From a virus (lineage: Duplodnaviria > Caudoviricetes), in IMG/VR virus record IMGVR_UViG_3300023283_000070, positions 1 through 41,701 of that record: a stretch of DNA of 41,701 nt; one strand, given 5' to 3'. How positions within the stretch are numbered: the stretch's first letter is position 1; each line of letters begins with the position of its first letter. The position numbers and the translations under genes were made by a program. A model generated the notes under the pieces. That model ran no database searches. It saw only the letters and a list, made by a program, of their open reading frames with translations, and was not told the origin of the DNA. Positions 1 through 7,788 of this stretch are shown piece after piece.

Positions 1-127
1 CGCCCATCTCAAAGCCTTCCTCGGCTTCTGGCCCCACATGACGCTGCAGGCCGACAAGGGGGCCGGGAAGTCCACGCTGGTGAAGCGCCTCGAGCGCACC
101 GTCGCGTTCACGATGTTCTCCGGGGAG
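1..127. repeat. Terminal direct repeat, left copy (assembly circularisation overlap)
   Basis: 1-127 is identical to 41575-41701; it lies mid-gene and the reading frame is preserved across the join. Confidence 0.97.
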
Positions 128-1060
128 TCGCTTCAGACAGCGTTCCGGCTCCTGACGTCGATCTCCCACACGTCCCACCCGGTGGGCTGGGAGGAGATCA
201 GTGCGCGGAAGCAGGACATCATCGACCAGGCCGTGACGAAGCTGCAGGAGAGCTACCAGTACACGGTGAGCCGGCGGTCGTCGGACATGACCGAGTACCT
301 GATCTCGGCCCCGGTGCTGCTGGCCGGCGAGGACGTGCCCGTGCGGTCGCTGCTCGGCAAGACGGTGCGCACCGAGCTCAGCGGGCGCAAGGGGCCGCTG
401 ATGCCCGAGGACCTGCCGAAGTTCCCCGTGCGCCAGTGGCTCGAGTTCCTCTCCCGCATGACCCGGCCCCAGGTGCAGGCGGTCTATGGTGAGGCCAGGA
501 CGCGCTGCGAGGAGCTCTCTCGCGCCACCAGCGCCGACGAGGGGGCCCGCCGCATGGCGGGGAACTACGCGGCCGTCGCGGCGGCCTGGCAGCTCCTGTG
601 CGCCTTCGCCGAGCTCTCACCGCAGCAGGGGGAGTTCGTCGGTGACCTGGTAGAGGGGATGAACGCACACATCAAGGAGACGTCGAGTGACCGCGAGCCC
701 TGGGTGTGGATCATGGAGACCATCCTCAGCGAGCTCGCCGCGGGACGGTACCAGCATCCCCACCAGTGGGATTCGATCTACGACGGCGCCCACGAGTGCT
801 TGATCATCCGGTCGAGTCACATGATCGACCACATCGCGCGCGAGACCGGGTTGCGCGAGAAGTGGAACATGCTCCCCATCAAGAGCGACCGCGTGTTTCG
901 CCGGCAGCTCCTCCAGTCCGGCGTCGTCGTCGACGGGAACGTCGAGCGCAGCATCAAGGGGCGCCGCGAGAGTTACATGCTCGCCATCGGGCTGCGCGAG
1001 CTCGCGCGGTTCGGGATGCACGCGAGCGCGCCGGAGGAGCCGCCTCCCTATGGCGACTGA
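2..1060 (+). CDS. C-terminal P-loop helicase part of the primase/helicase (continues from 39911 across the junction; about 907 aa total)
   Basis: In frame with the 39911 ORF after circularisation; Walker A-like ADKGAGKS and Walker B-like VGWEE. Confidence 0.85.
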   Translation, partial: AHLKAFLGFWPHMTLQADKGAGKSTLVKRLERTVAFTMFSGESLQTAFRLLTSISHTSHPVGWEEISARKQDIIDQAVTKLQESYQYTVSRRSSDMTEYLISAPVLLAGEDVPVRSLLGKTVRTELSGRKGPLMPEDLPKFPVRQWLEFLSRMTRPQVQAVYGEARTRCEELSRATSADEGARRMAGNYAAVAAAWQLLCAFAELSPQQGEFVGDLVEGMNAHIKETSSDREPWVWIMETILSELAAGRYQHPHQWDSIYDGAHECLIIRSSHMIDHIARETGLREKWNMLPIKSDRVFRRQLLQSGVVVDGNVERSIKGRRESYMLAIGLRELARFGMHASAPEEPPPYGD

Positions 1061-1210
1061 CCCCCCCGTACCCCCCCCCCCCCCATCAAACGTCGCCGCA
1101 CCGACCACCCCCCCCCCTCCCCCCCCCGCGAGGGAGGGCGTCCAGGCCCGCGCCGGCGAACGACCGTCAGTGGCTCACGAGGCCCATCGAGGACGCGGAG
1201 AGGTGTTCGC

Positions 1211-1542
1211 TGACTCGTGGATGGAGGGTCCGATCCGACGCAAGCCGTTGATCGTGGAGCAGAACCCTCCCACGAGTCCACCCCCGAATCCCACGAGTCT
1301 ACCTCTGCGCTCCATGAGTCAGGCTCGCAGTTCCATGTGCGACAATTTGACGCACCGGCACTCGTATCTATCTATCTTTTTGATCCGAAAAGAGAAAGAG
1401 AAGAAGTGGTGGGGGCGGAGCTGCAGGGGGCGATCCATGAGTCAGGGGCGCTGGTCAAAAAACCATCCATGAGTTACGAGAGCTCGGATCGGCTAATTCA
1501 TGGATGTGTACCCACCCCTAATCCCTGTGGGTTCAACGAGTT
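1211..1542. other. Putative replication origin with CCAYGAGTY iterons and an AT-rich segment
   Basis: CCACGAGTC at 1270 and 1291, CCATGAGTC at 1312 and 1435, CCATGAGTT at 1467, degenerate copy at 1333, inverted copies at 1212-1220 and 1495-1503; AT-rich 1364-1406; directly after the replication gene. Confidence 0.7.
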
Positions 1543-1572
1543 ATATGCGTCGGTCGGGCGGAGAGACGGCCC

Positions 1573-2625
1573 ATGAAAAAATCTCCCCCCCCCCCCTCCG
1601 CGGAGGCCTCCGGAGCGGTCGGCGAAGACCTGATCGTCGCCCATCTGGAGTGGCGGCGGCACAACCAGGGCCGTGCGGCCGCGACGATCGACAAGTATCA
1701 CCGCTTCCTCGAGCAGCTCGTCGCCTTCGCCGGCGAGCGAGGGACGCCGGTGCTGGAGCTTGGGCACGTGGCGCTCGAGGAGTTCGTCGGCCCGCTCGCG
1801 CACCAGGCCGGGCTCACACCGCGCGCGCGGCGCCCGCTCGTCGCAGCCGTGCGCGGGTTCTTCGCGTGGGCTCACCGCTCCGGCCTGGTGGGCGCGAATC
1901 CGGCCGTGTGGCTGCAGTACCCGGCCAGCGGCCGCCGGCTCCCGGACGCGATGAGTCTCGAGAGTGCCGGCAAGCTGATCATGGCCCCCGGGATGGACAC
2001 CTTCCTCGGCGTGCGCGACACCGCGATCCTGTCCGTGCTCCTCGGCTGCGGCCTCCGGCTCTCCGGCGTGGCCCGGCTGAACGAGTCGGATCTGCTATGG
2101 GCGCAGCAGGACGGAGTCGAGTGGCTGGTCATCCGCGCTCGTGAGAAGGGCGACCACGAGCGCCTCGTCCCTGCGCCGCACGAGACCTGGGGGCTGGTGC
2201 GCGCCTACTTGGGCCACCCGGAGCTCGAGACCATCGATCGCGCGCTCCCCGACGGCGACCAGGTGCTGTGGGCGTCGACGATGAACCGCCAGGTGCCCGA
2301 GCACCGGTATCACGGTGAGGAGCGCCGGCTGTCTAGGCGCTGCATCCAGCAGCTCCTCCAGCGATACGGACAGCGTGCAGGCATCCCGAAGCGTGAGCTC
2401 CACCCCCACGCGCTCCGGCACCTGTACGGCACCGAGCTCGCCGAGGACGGGACGGACGTGCTCCGGATCCAGGCGCTGATGGGCCACGCCAACCCCAAGA
2501 CGTCTGCCGAGTACGTGCGCCTTGCGGTCCGCACGCTCAGCGGGACGGTTGCCAAGTCGAGCCCCATCACGAAGGTCAAGACGCCGGTCACGGGGCTGCT
2601 CCCGGCCCTCAAGCGCGCTCGATAG
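1573..2625 (+). CDS. Tyrosine recombinase, XerC/XerD-like (350 aa)
   Basis: N-terminal SAM-like core-binding region; catalytic R (GLRLSG), HxxR (HALRH), H (MGH), Y (AEYV). Confidence 0.93.
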   Translation: MKKSPPPPSAEASGAVGEDLIVAHLEWRRHNQGRAAATIDKYHRFLEQLVAFAGERGTPVLELGHVALEEFVGPLAHQAGLTPRARRPLVAAVRGFFAWAHRSGLVGANPAVWLQYPASGRRLPDAMSLESAGKLIMAPGMDTFLGVRDTAILSVLLGCGLRLSGVARLNESDLLWAQQDGVEWLVIRAREKGDHERLVPAPHETWGLVRAYLGHPELETIDRALPDGDQVLWASTMNRQVPEHRYHGEERRLSRRCIQQLLQRYGQRAGIPKRELHPHALRHLYGTELAEDGTDVLRIQALMGHANPKTSAEYVRLAVRTLSGTVAKSSPITKVKTPVTGLLPALKRAR

Positions 2626-3127
2626 CGGCCCCCCCCATGCGATGCTCACCGACACGTTCCCGCACCCATCCGGCGCACAGAACCGCCCTTGCACGGGGCA
2701 GGAGCATGGCGGAGAGCCAGGAACAGTCGATGCTGCGGTCCGGGTGCGCCCCGGCCCGGAACCGGCCTTTGGAACGGGCAAAGTCGCCGGGCCCTCAAGA
2801 CAGGGTCGACCGGGAGGGCCAAGCCAGGGCCCGAGGTGCGTGGAATGTCCGAAAGCGCAGTTCGCCCGGATCGGGCGACGGCGCGATGGGACTCTCCGCC
2901 CGCCGGCCCGAACGAAAGGCGCAGCTCGCCGGGAGGAATCCCTGCCCGAGGGGCTCGAGGCCGCCGAGCTCGAGCTCGCGACCGCGGCCGGGCAGCTCGA
3001 GGCGGGTGGGGGGTCGGCCAGGCGGCCGGCCCCGTGCAGGGAGGGGGGTGGATACCAGGAAATCTGCGATCCAACGCGGATTTGTCTACAGTAGCGAGCA
3101 CCAGACGGGGCGAGGGCTCGGTGTCGT

Positions 3128-4792
3128 ATGAAGATCGGTGAGGAGGGCAAGGCGGCCGTCATCTACGCACGGGTGAGCACGGCGCGCCAGGCCGAGGAGG
3201 AGCTCCCCCTCGACAGCCAGGTCGCGCGGTGCAAGGAGCGCGCGGCCGCCCTGGGCGCGCGGGTGGTGAAACAGTTCGTTGATCCGGGGCTCTCGGGGCG
3301 TTCGGACCGCCGGCCGAAGTTCCGGGCAGCCATCGAGTACTGCGAGGGGGCGGGGGTCGACTACTTCATCACCTGGAGCACGTCCCGGTTCGCCCGCAAC
3401 AAGGTCGATGCAGGCGTCTATAAGCTCCGGCTCGCCCGGGCGGGCACCGAGCTCGTCTACGCCTCGATGCGGCTGGATCGGGAGAGCGACGCCGGCTGGA
3501 TGACCGAGGGGGTGCTCGAGCTGTTCGACGAGTTCGTGTCACGCCAGGTCGCCCAGGATACGATCCGGAGCATGGCGGCGAACGCCGAGCGTGGCTACTG
3601 GAATGGTGGCAACCCGCCCCTCGGCTACCGGCCAATCCCGGCACCGGACAACCCTGCCCGCCGGCGCCTCGAGGTCAACGAGGCCGAGGCCGGCCTGGTC
3701 CGCGAGATATTCCGCAAGCGGCTCGAGGGCGTGGGGACGAAGGCGATCGCGCAGTGGCTGAACGAGCGCGGGATGCTTCACCGCGGGCGCCCGTGGAAGA
3801 ATGGCGCGGTGGCACGCCTGCTGCGCAACGAGGCGGTGATCGGCCGTGTCGTGTTCGGTCGCAAGGACCGGTCCACGGGCCGCCGGCGTCCGCGCGAGGA
3901 CTGCATCGCGGTGGACGCGCACCAGCCCATCATCGACGCGGAGACCTGGCAGGCCGTGCAGTCGATGATGGACGCTGGCGTGAACCCGACCGAGCGCGGG
4001 CACCCGACCAGCACCCACCTGTTCACGGGGATGCTCCGCTGCGGCCTGTGCGGGGCGCGGATGCAGGTCGAGACGGCGAAGGGCCGGTCGAAGCGATACT
4101 CGTACTACGGGTGCCGGGCGCGCCAGCGTGAAGGGACCTGCAGGATGGGTCGGATCCCCTGCCACGAGCTCGACGAATTCCTGGTGGGGGTGATCGGCGA
4201 GAAGGTGTTCACCCGCGCCAACCTGGACCAGACCATCCGGGACCTGCACGAGGCTGCGGGCGCCTGGTCCCGGGACCACGCGGCGCGCGCGGCCGCGCTC
4301 GAGCGGGAGATCGAGAAGGTCGAGCAGCGCAACAGCAAGCTGTTCGAGCTGCTCGAGCGCCACGGGGCCGAGACGCCCCACCTGGGCGACGTCACGCGCC
4401 GCCTGCGGGCGAACAACAAGGAGCTCCAGGCCCTCGAAACCCAGCTCGGCGACTTGCGCGAGGAGGAGCCGCCCGAGATCGCCGTCACCGAGGACGACGT
4501 CGACGAGCTGCGCGAGCTCTTGATGGAGATCATCCGCACGACCGACCGGCCGGCGACGGTGCGGGAGTTCTTCTCCCACTTCATCCGGCAGATCGTCGTC
4601 GACGAGGAGGACGTGTCGATCCGCTACAACCCCGACCTACTGGTCGCCGTCCCCGCGGGAACGGTTCATCGAAGGGTGCACTCGGGCGGTATTTGGCTCC
4701 CCGGGCGGACCCTGCTGAGAACCCGGACCGTGAGGGTACCGCGGCCGGCGCGTCGGGGCAGGGCCGCCCCGGATGCCCGCCGCACGGCCTGA
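3128..4792 (+). CDS. Large serine recombinase (integrase)
   Basis: YARVST catalytic Ser, SRFARN, recombinase domain (GYWNGGNPPLGY), Zn ribbon LRCGLCG..YYGC, coiled coil. Confidence 0.95.
   Translation: MKIGEEGKAAVIYARVSTARQAEEELPLDSQVARCKERAAALGARVVKQFVDPGLSGRSDRRPKFRAAIEYCEGAGVDYFITWSTSRFARNKVDAGVYKLRLARAGTELVYASMRLDRESDAGWMTEGVLELFDEFVSRQVAQDTIRSMAANAERGYWNGGNPPLGYRPIPAPDNPARRRLEVNEAEAGLVREIFRKRLEGVGTKAIAQWLNERGMLHRGRPWKNGAVARLLRNEAVIGRVVFGRKDRSTGRRRPREDCIAVDAHQPIIDAETWQAVQSMMDAGVNPTERGHPTSTHLFTGMLRCGLCGARMQVETAKGRSKRYSYYGCRARQREGTCRMGRIPCHELDEFLVGVIGEKVFTRANLDQTIRDLHEAAGAWSRDHAARAAALEREIEKVEQRNSKLFELLERHGAETPHLGDVTRRLRANNKELQALETQLGDLREEEPPEIAVTEDDVDELRELLMEIIRTTDRPATVREFFSHFIRQIVVDEEDVSIRYNPDLLVAVPAGTVHRRVHSGGIWLPGRTLLRTRTVRVPRPARRGRAAPDARRTA
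4663..4723. other. Putative attP inside the integrase 3' end
   Basis: Imperfect palindrome centred on 4693 (GGTTC/GAACC, AGGGT/ACCCT, CTCGGG/CCCGGG all symmetric); the reverse complement of 4694-4706 is GCCCGGGGAGCCA, which resembles a tRNA-Asn 3' end. Confidence 0.6.
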
Positions 4793-5720
4793 TCCGCTCC
4801 AGGCGGTCAACTTCCAGTGCGCGGTATGCTCGCACGCCTTCGAGGCGGCGCCTGAGCGCGTAGAGGACGCCCCGGAGCTCGAGCACCACCCGTTCCGCTA
4901 CTTCGGCACCTGCCCGGCGTGCCGCGCCGAGGCGGGCCAGGCGGCGTGGGAGCGGAACCTGCTCAAGGCCTGGTCGAGCGCCACGGGGCCTCGCACGCCA
5001 GGGGGCAAGGCCCGCTCGGCCGCGAACCTGGCCGGCCACCCGACCCCGGAGGAAGCCAGGCGAACCCGCTTCAATGCCATGAAGCACGGCCTGTTCGCGC
5101 GCGTCGCCACCTACTTCCCGGCGCGCCCCGGCGCCTATCCGCACTGCCAGGGCTGCGAGTACCGGGAAGACGTCTGTCCCGGCCAGACGGCCTGCCTCAA
5201 GCGCACGGAGCTGTTCCTCCGGCACCAGGTCGCCTTCGAGACCAAGGACCCGGCGCTGCTCACCGAGCTGCGCGGCGACACCCAGGCGGCCGTGCAGGCG
5301 CTGATCAACGACATGGTGCTCGCGATCGCGCAGGACGGAGGGCCGCGAATCCGGGAGATGTGCTGGTACTACGACAAGGACGGCGGCTTCCACCTGGCAA
5401 AGTGGACGGACGCGAAGGGCGAGGAGCACCAGATCCACGAGCTCAAGGCGCACCCCCTGCTCAAGCCGCTGATCGACTTCCTCTCCCGCAACAGCATGAC
5501 GCTCGCGGACATGGGGATGACGCCACGGGTGCAGGACGAGCAGGACCTGATCGAGGGGCATCTCGCCGGCCAGTCGGAGCAGCAGGAGCAGCTCGCCGAA
5601 TACGAGCGACGCCAGGCCGAGGCGCTCGAGTCGCTGCGGGGCATGATCGCTCGGAGCCGCGATCGCGCCGAGCGTGACCCCATCCTGCTCGAGCACCGGC
5701 AGACCGAGGGCGAGGATTGA
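4773..5720 (+). CDS. Putative terminase small subunit with Cys clusters (315 aa)
   Basis: Upstream of terL; ATGPRTPGGKARSAAN..NAMKHGL motif; CxxC pairs; acidic helical C-terminus. Confidence 0.6.
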   Translation: MPAARPDPLQAVNFQCAVCSHAFEAAPERVEDAPELEHHPFRYFGTCPACRAEAGQAAWERNLLKAWSSATGPRTPGGKARSAANLAGHPTPEEARRTRFNAMKHGLFARVATYFPARPGAYPHCQGCEYREDVCPGQTACLKRTELFLRHQVAFETKDPALLTELRGDTQAAVQALINDMVLAIAQDGGPRIREMCWYYDKDGGFHLAKWTDAKGEEHQIHELKAHPLLKPLIDFLSRNSMTLADMGMTPRVQDEQDLIEGHLAGQSEQQEQLAEYERRQAEALESLRGMIARSRDRAERDPILLEHRQTEGED

Positions 5721-5732
5721 GAGGAGGCGGCG

Positions 5733-6200
5733 GTGAGCTCTAAGGCGCTGGCACGAGACGACTCATTGCTGGGGGTCGATTTCCTCGACAGGGAGGGATG
5801 CATCGGCGCCCGTGGGGAGCGCATCCGCCAGGCCCGACTCAGGTTCACGCAGGCTCAGGTGGTCACGCTGACACGAGACGAGTTCTTCCGCGAGATGATG
5901 GACGTCAAGTTCTATGCTGGCACCCAACGTGATGATCCCGGTTGCGGTGTCCACCGAGTACTCCCCGCCCGAGGGCGGCGCCGAAGCCTTCGTGAGTTCG
6001 ACCCCCTGGTCTTACTGACGACGCCGGCCGCGCGCGCCGAAGCCGTGCGCGAGTACTGCGCCTGGCTCCACGGGACCCCCGCCGGTCGGGCCGTGAAGCG
6101 CGCCGCGCGCCGCGAACTCCGTGGCCGAAACCTGGCGTGCTGGTGCCCCACGGGGCACCCGTGCCACGCCCACGAGCTGCTCAAGGTCGCCAATGCCTGA
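5733..6200 (+). CDS. DUF4326-like protein (only the C-terminal half is recognisable; possibly chimeric)
   Basis: ELRGRNLACWC..PCHAHELLKVAN motif; stop overlaps the terL start. Confidence 0.6.
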   Translation: MSSKALARDDSLLGVDFLDREGCIGARGERIRQARLRFTQAQVVTLTRDEFFREMMDVKFYAGTQRDDPGCGVHRVLPARGRRRSLREFDPLVLLTTPAARAEAVREYCAWLHGTPAGRAVKRAARRELRGRNLACWCPTGHPCHAHELLKVANA

Positions 6201-7788
6201 GCGCGTCAGCAAGGCCACGCGGATCCGGATGCAGAACGTCGCGGAGCGCGAGGTCGCGCGCTACGCGGGGAACCACGCCGCCTGGCACAAGCACGTCCAC
6301 AACGTGGAGCTGGACCCCGTGCAGATCCTCAAGATGCGGGAGATGGACGAGCGTCCGAACACGGTCGACTTCTCCTGCCGGCGCACGGGTAAGACGGCGG
6401 TGAAGGAGCTCTACCTGCTCGAGCACAACGCCTGCGAGGCCGATCAGGAGCTCGGAATCGTGGCGCCGCGAGAGGCGCAGGCGCTGGTGAATCTCGAGTA
6501 CCACCTGGACGCGATCCGGCGGGCGCCGATCCTCACCGCATGGCTCGCCCACAAGCGCGGGCGGACGCAGTTCGCCGATACCTACTACGAGTTTGGCAAC
6601 CGGTCGAAGGCGCGCGCCTACGGGATCATGAGCCAGGTGGACGGCGGCGACCTGACGGCGGCCAGCCTCGAGGAGGTCGACGACATGCCGCGCGAGCGGC
6701 TGTTCTCGCGGTTCCTGCTGATGATGGCCGCGAATCGCCGGCTGGGGGCCTCGAAGGAGAGCCGGAACGACCCGCAGATCCGCGTCACGGGCGTGTTCAA
6801 GGGCGCCGACACGCTGACCGACCTGATCGCGAGCGAGCGATACCAGCCGCTGATGACGGTCGACGTCTATCTCGGGATGGAAATGGGGATCCTGAACGCC
6901 GCCTTCATGGAGGAGATGCGCATCCAGCTCGCCCCCGACGAGTACCTGCGCCAGCTCCTCTGCCGGAACGTCTCGGCGCGCAATCTCGTGTGGGAGAAGT
7001 TCGTCCGCCGCGCAATGCAGGTCGGCCTCGAGGCCGGTCTCGAGCTCGCGGTGCCGCTGCCGGGGGGGCGCTACCGGAAGCGCGGCCTACTCGCGCTCGG
7101 CTACGACGCGGGCGGCCACGGCGAGAGCGCGCACGCCTCCCGCCATGCGCTCGTCGTCGCCGAACAGATCGGCAACTACTGCACCATCCCGTTTGTGCGC
7201 ACCTGGCCCCCAGGCGCCGACGACCAGGTCGTGAAGCGCGACCTGTTCGGGCTGTGGGAGTACTTCGGCCCGGACTTCGCCATTGGCGACGCCTACGGTG
7301 TGGGGATGCTGACACAGCTCTGCGACGAGCTGTTCGCCGCCGGGCTGACGCGCGTCGACCGACGCACCATCGGGGACGGCGACAGCACGGCGAGCACCTG
7401 GCCGGAGTGGCCATTCTCGCCGCTGCGTTTCGAGGGGATGACGAAGCACTCGATGGCGCAGGCGCTCCGGCTCATCTTCCACAACAAGCAGGCGGCGATC
7501 CCGTACTTCGACGACCGCGATCCCCTCGACGAGGAGACGGCGGACCTGCGTCTGTTCGTTCGGCAGCTCCCCAACATCCGGCCGGAGCAGACGCGCACGA
7601 CGTACGCGAGCTACAAGATGGTCGACGAGACGATCGGCGACGACCTGTTCGACGCGGCGATGGCGGCCGTGTGGGCCCTGGTGACGCGCGGGGCCTCGCC
7701 GACCATCACTGCGGTGCTCAGCACGCGCCGGGGCCGCGAGCAGCTCCTGGAGCAGACACCGAAGCAACTCACGAGGGCGATGGCATGA
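6193..7788 (+). CDS. terL: Terminase large subunit
   Basis: ATG 6193 (MPERVS); Walker A SCRRTGKT, Walker B LEEVDD; RNase H-like nuclease residues (LGYDAG, DDLFDA). Confidence 0.88.
   Translation: MPERVSKATRIRMQNVAEREVARYAGNHAAWHKHVHNVELDPVQILKMREMDERPNTVDFSCRRTGKTAVKELYLLEHNACEADQELGIVAPREAQALVNLEYHLDAIRRAPILTAWLAHKRGRTQFADTYYEFGNRSKARAYGIMSQVDGGDLTAASLEEVDDMPRERLFSRFLLMMAANRRLGASKESRNDPQIRVTGVFKGADTLTDLIASERYQPLMTVDVYLGMEMGILNAAFMEEMRIQLAPDEYLRQLLCRNVSARNLVWEKFVRRAMQVGLEAGLELAVPLPGGRYRKRGLLALGYDAGGHGESAHASRHALVVAEQIGNYCTIPFVRTWPPGADDQVVKRDLFGLWEYFGPDFAIGDAYGVGMLTQLCDELFAAGLTRVDRRTIGDGDSTASTWPEWPFSPLRFEGMTKHSMAQALRLIFHNKQAAIPYFDDRDPLDEETADLRLFVRQLPNIRPEQTRTTYASYKMVDETIGDDLFDAAMAAVWALVTRGASPTITAVLSTRRGREQLLEQTPKQLTRAMA

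Noticed and set aside
1-127. Biological terminal repeat of the virion DNA
   Set aside because: The length matches a common assembler k-mer and it falls mid-gene; best read as a circularisation overlap
1270-1475. CRISPR-like array
   Set aside because: Repeats are only 9 bp with 12-bp gaps, and there are no cas genes; iteron geometry fits better
2637-3141. Protein-coding ORFs in the inter-recombinase spacer
   Set aside because: Overlapping low-complexity ORFs in several frames with no codon bias or motif
6540-7784. ORF-track N-terminal extensions (881-aa portal, 1488-aa MuF, 555-aa TerL)
   Set aside because: Arg/Gly-rich off-frame readings overlapping real upstream genes; coupled starts exist at 7785, 9490 and 6193
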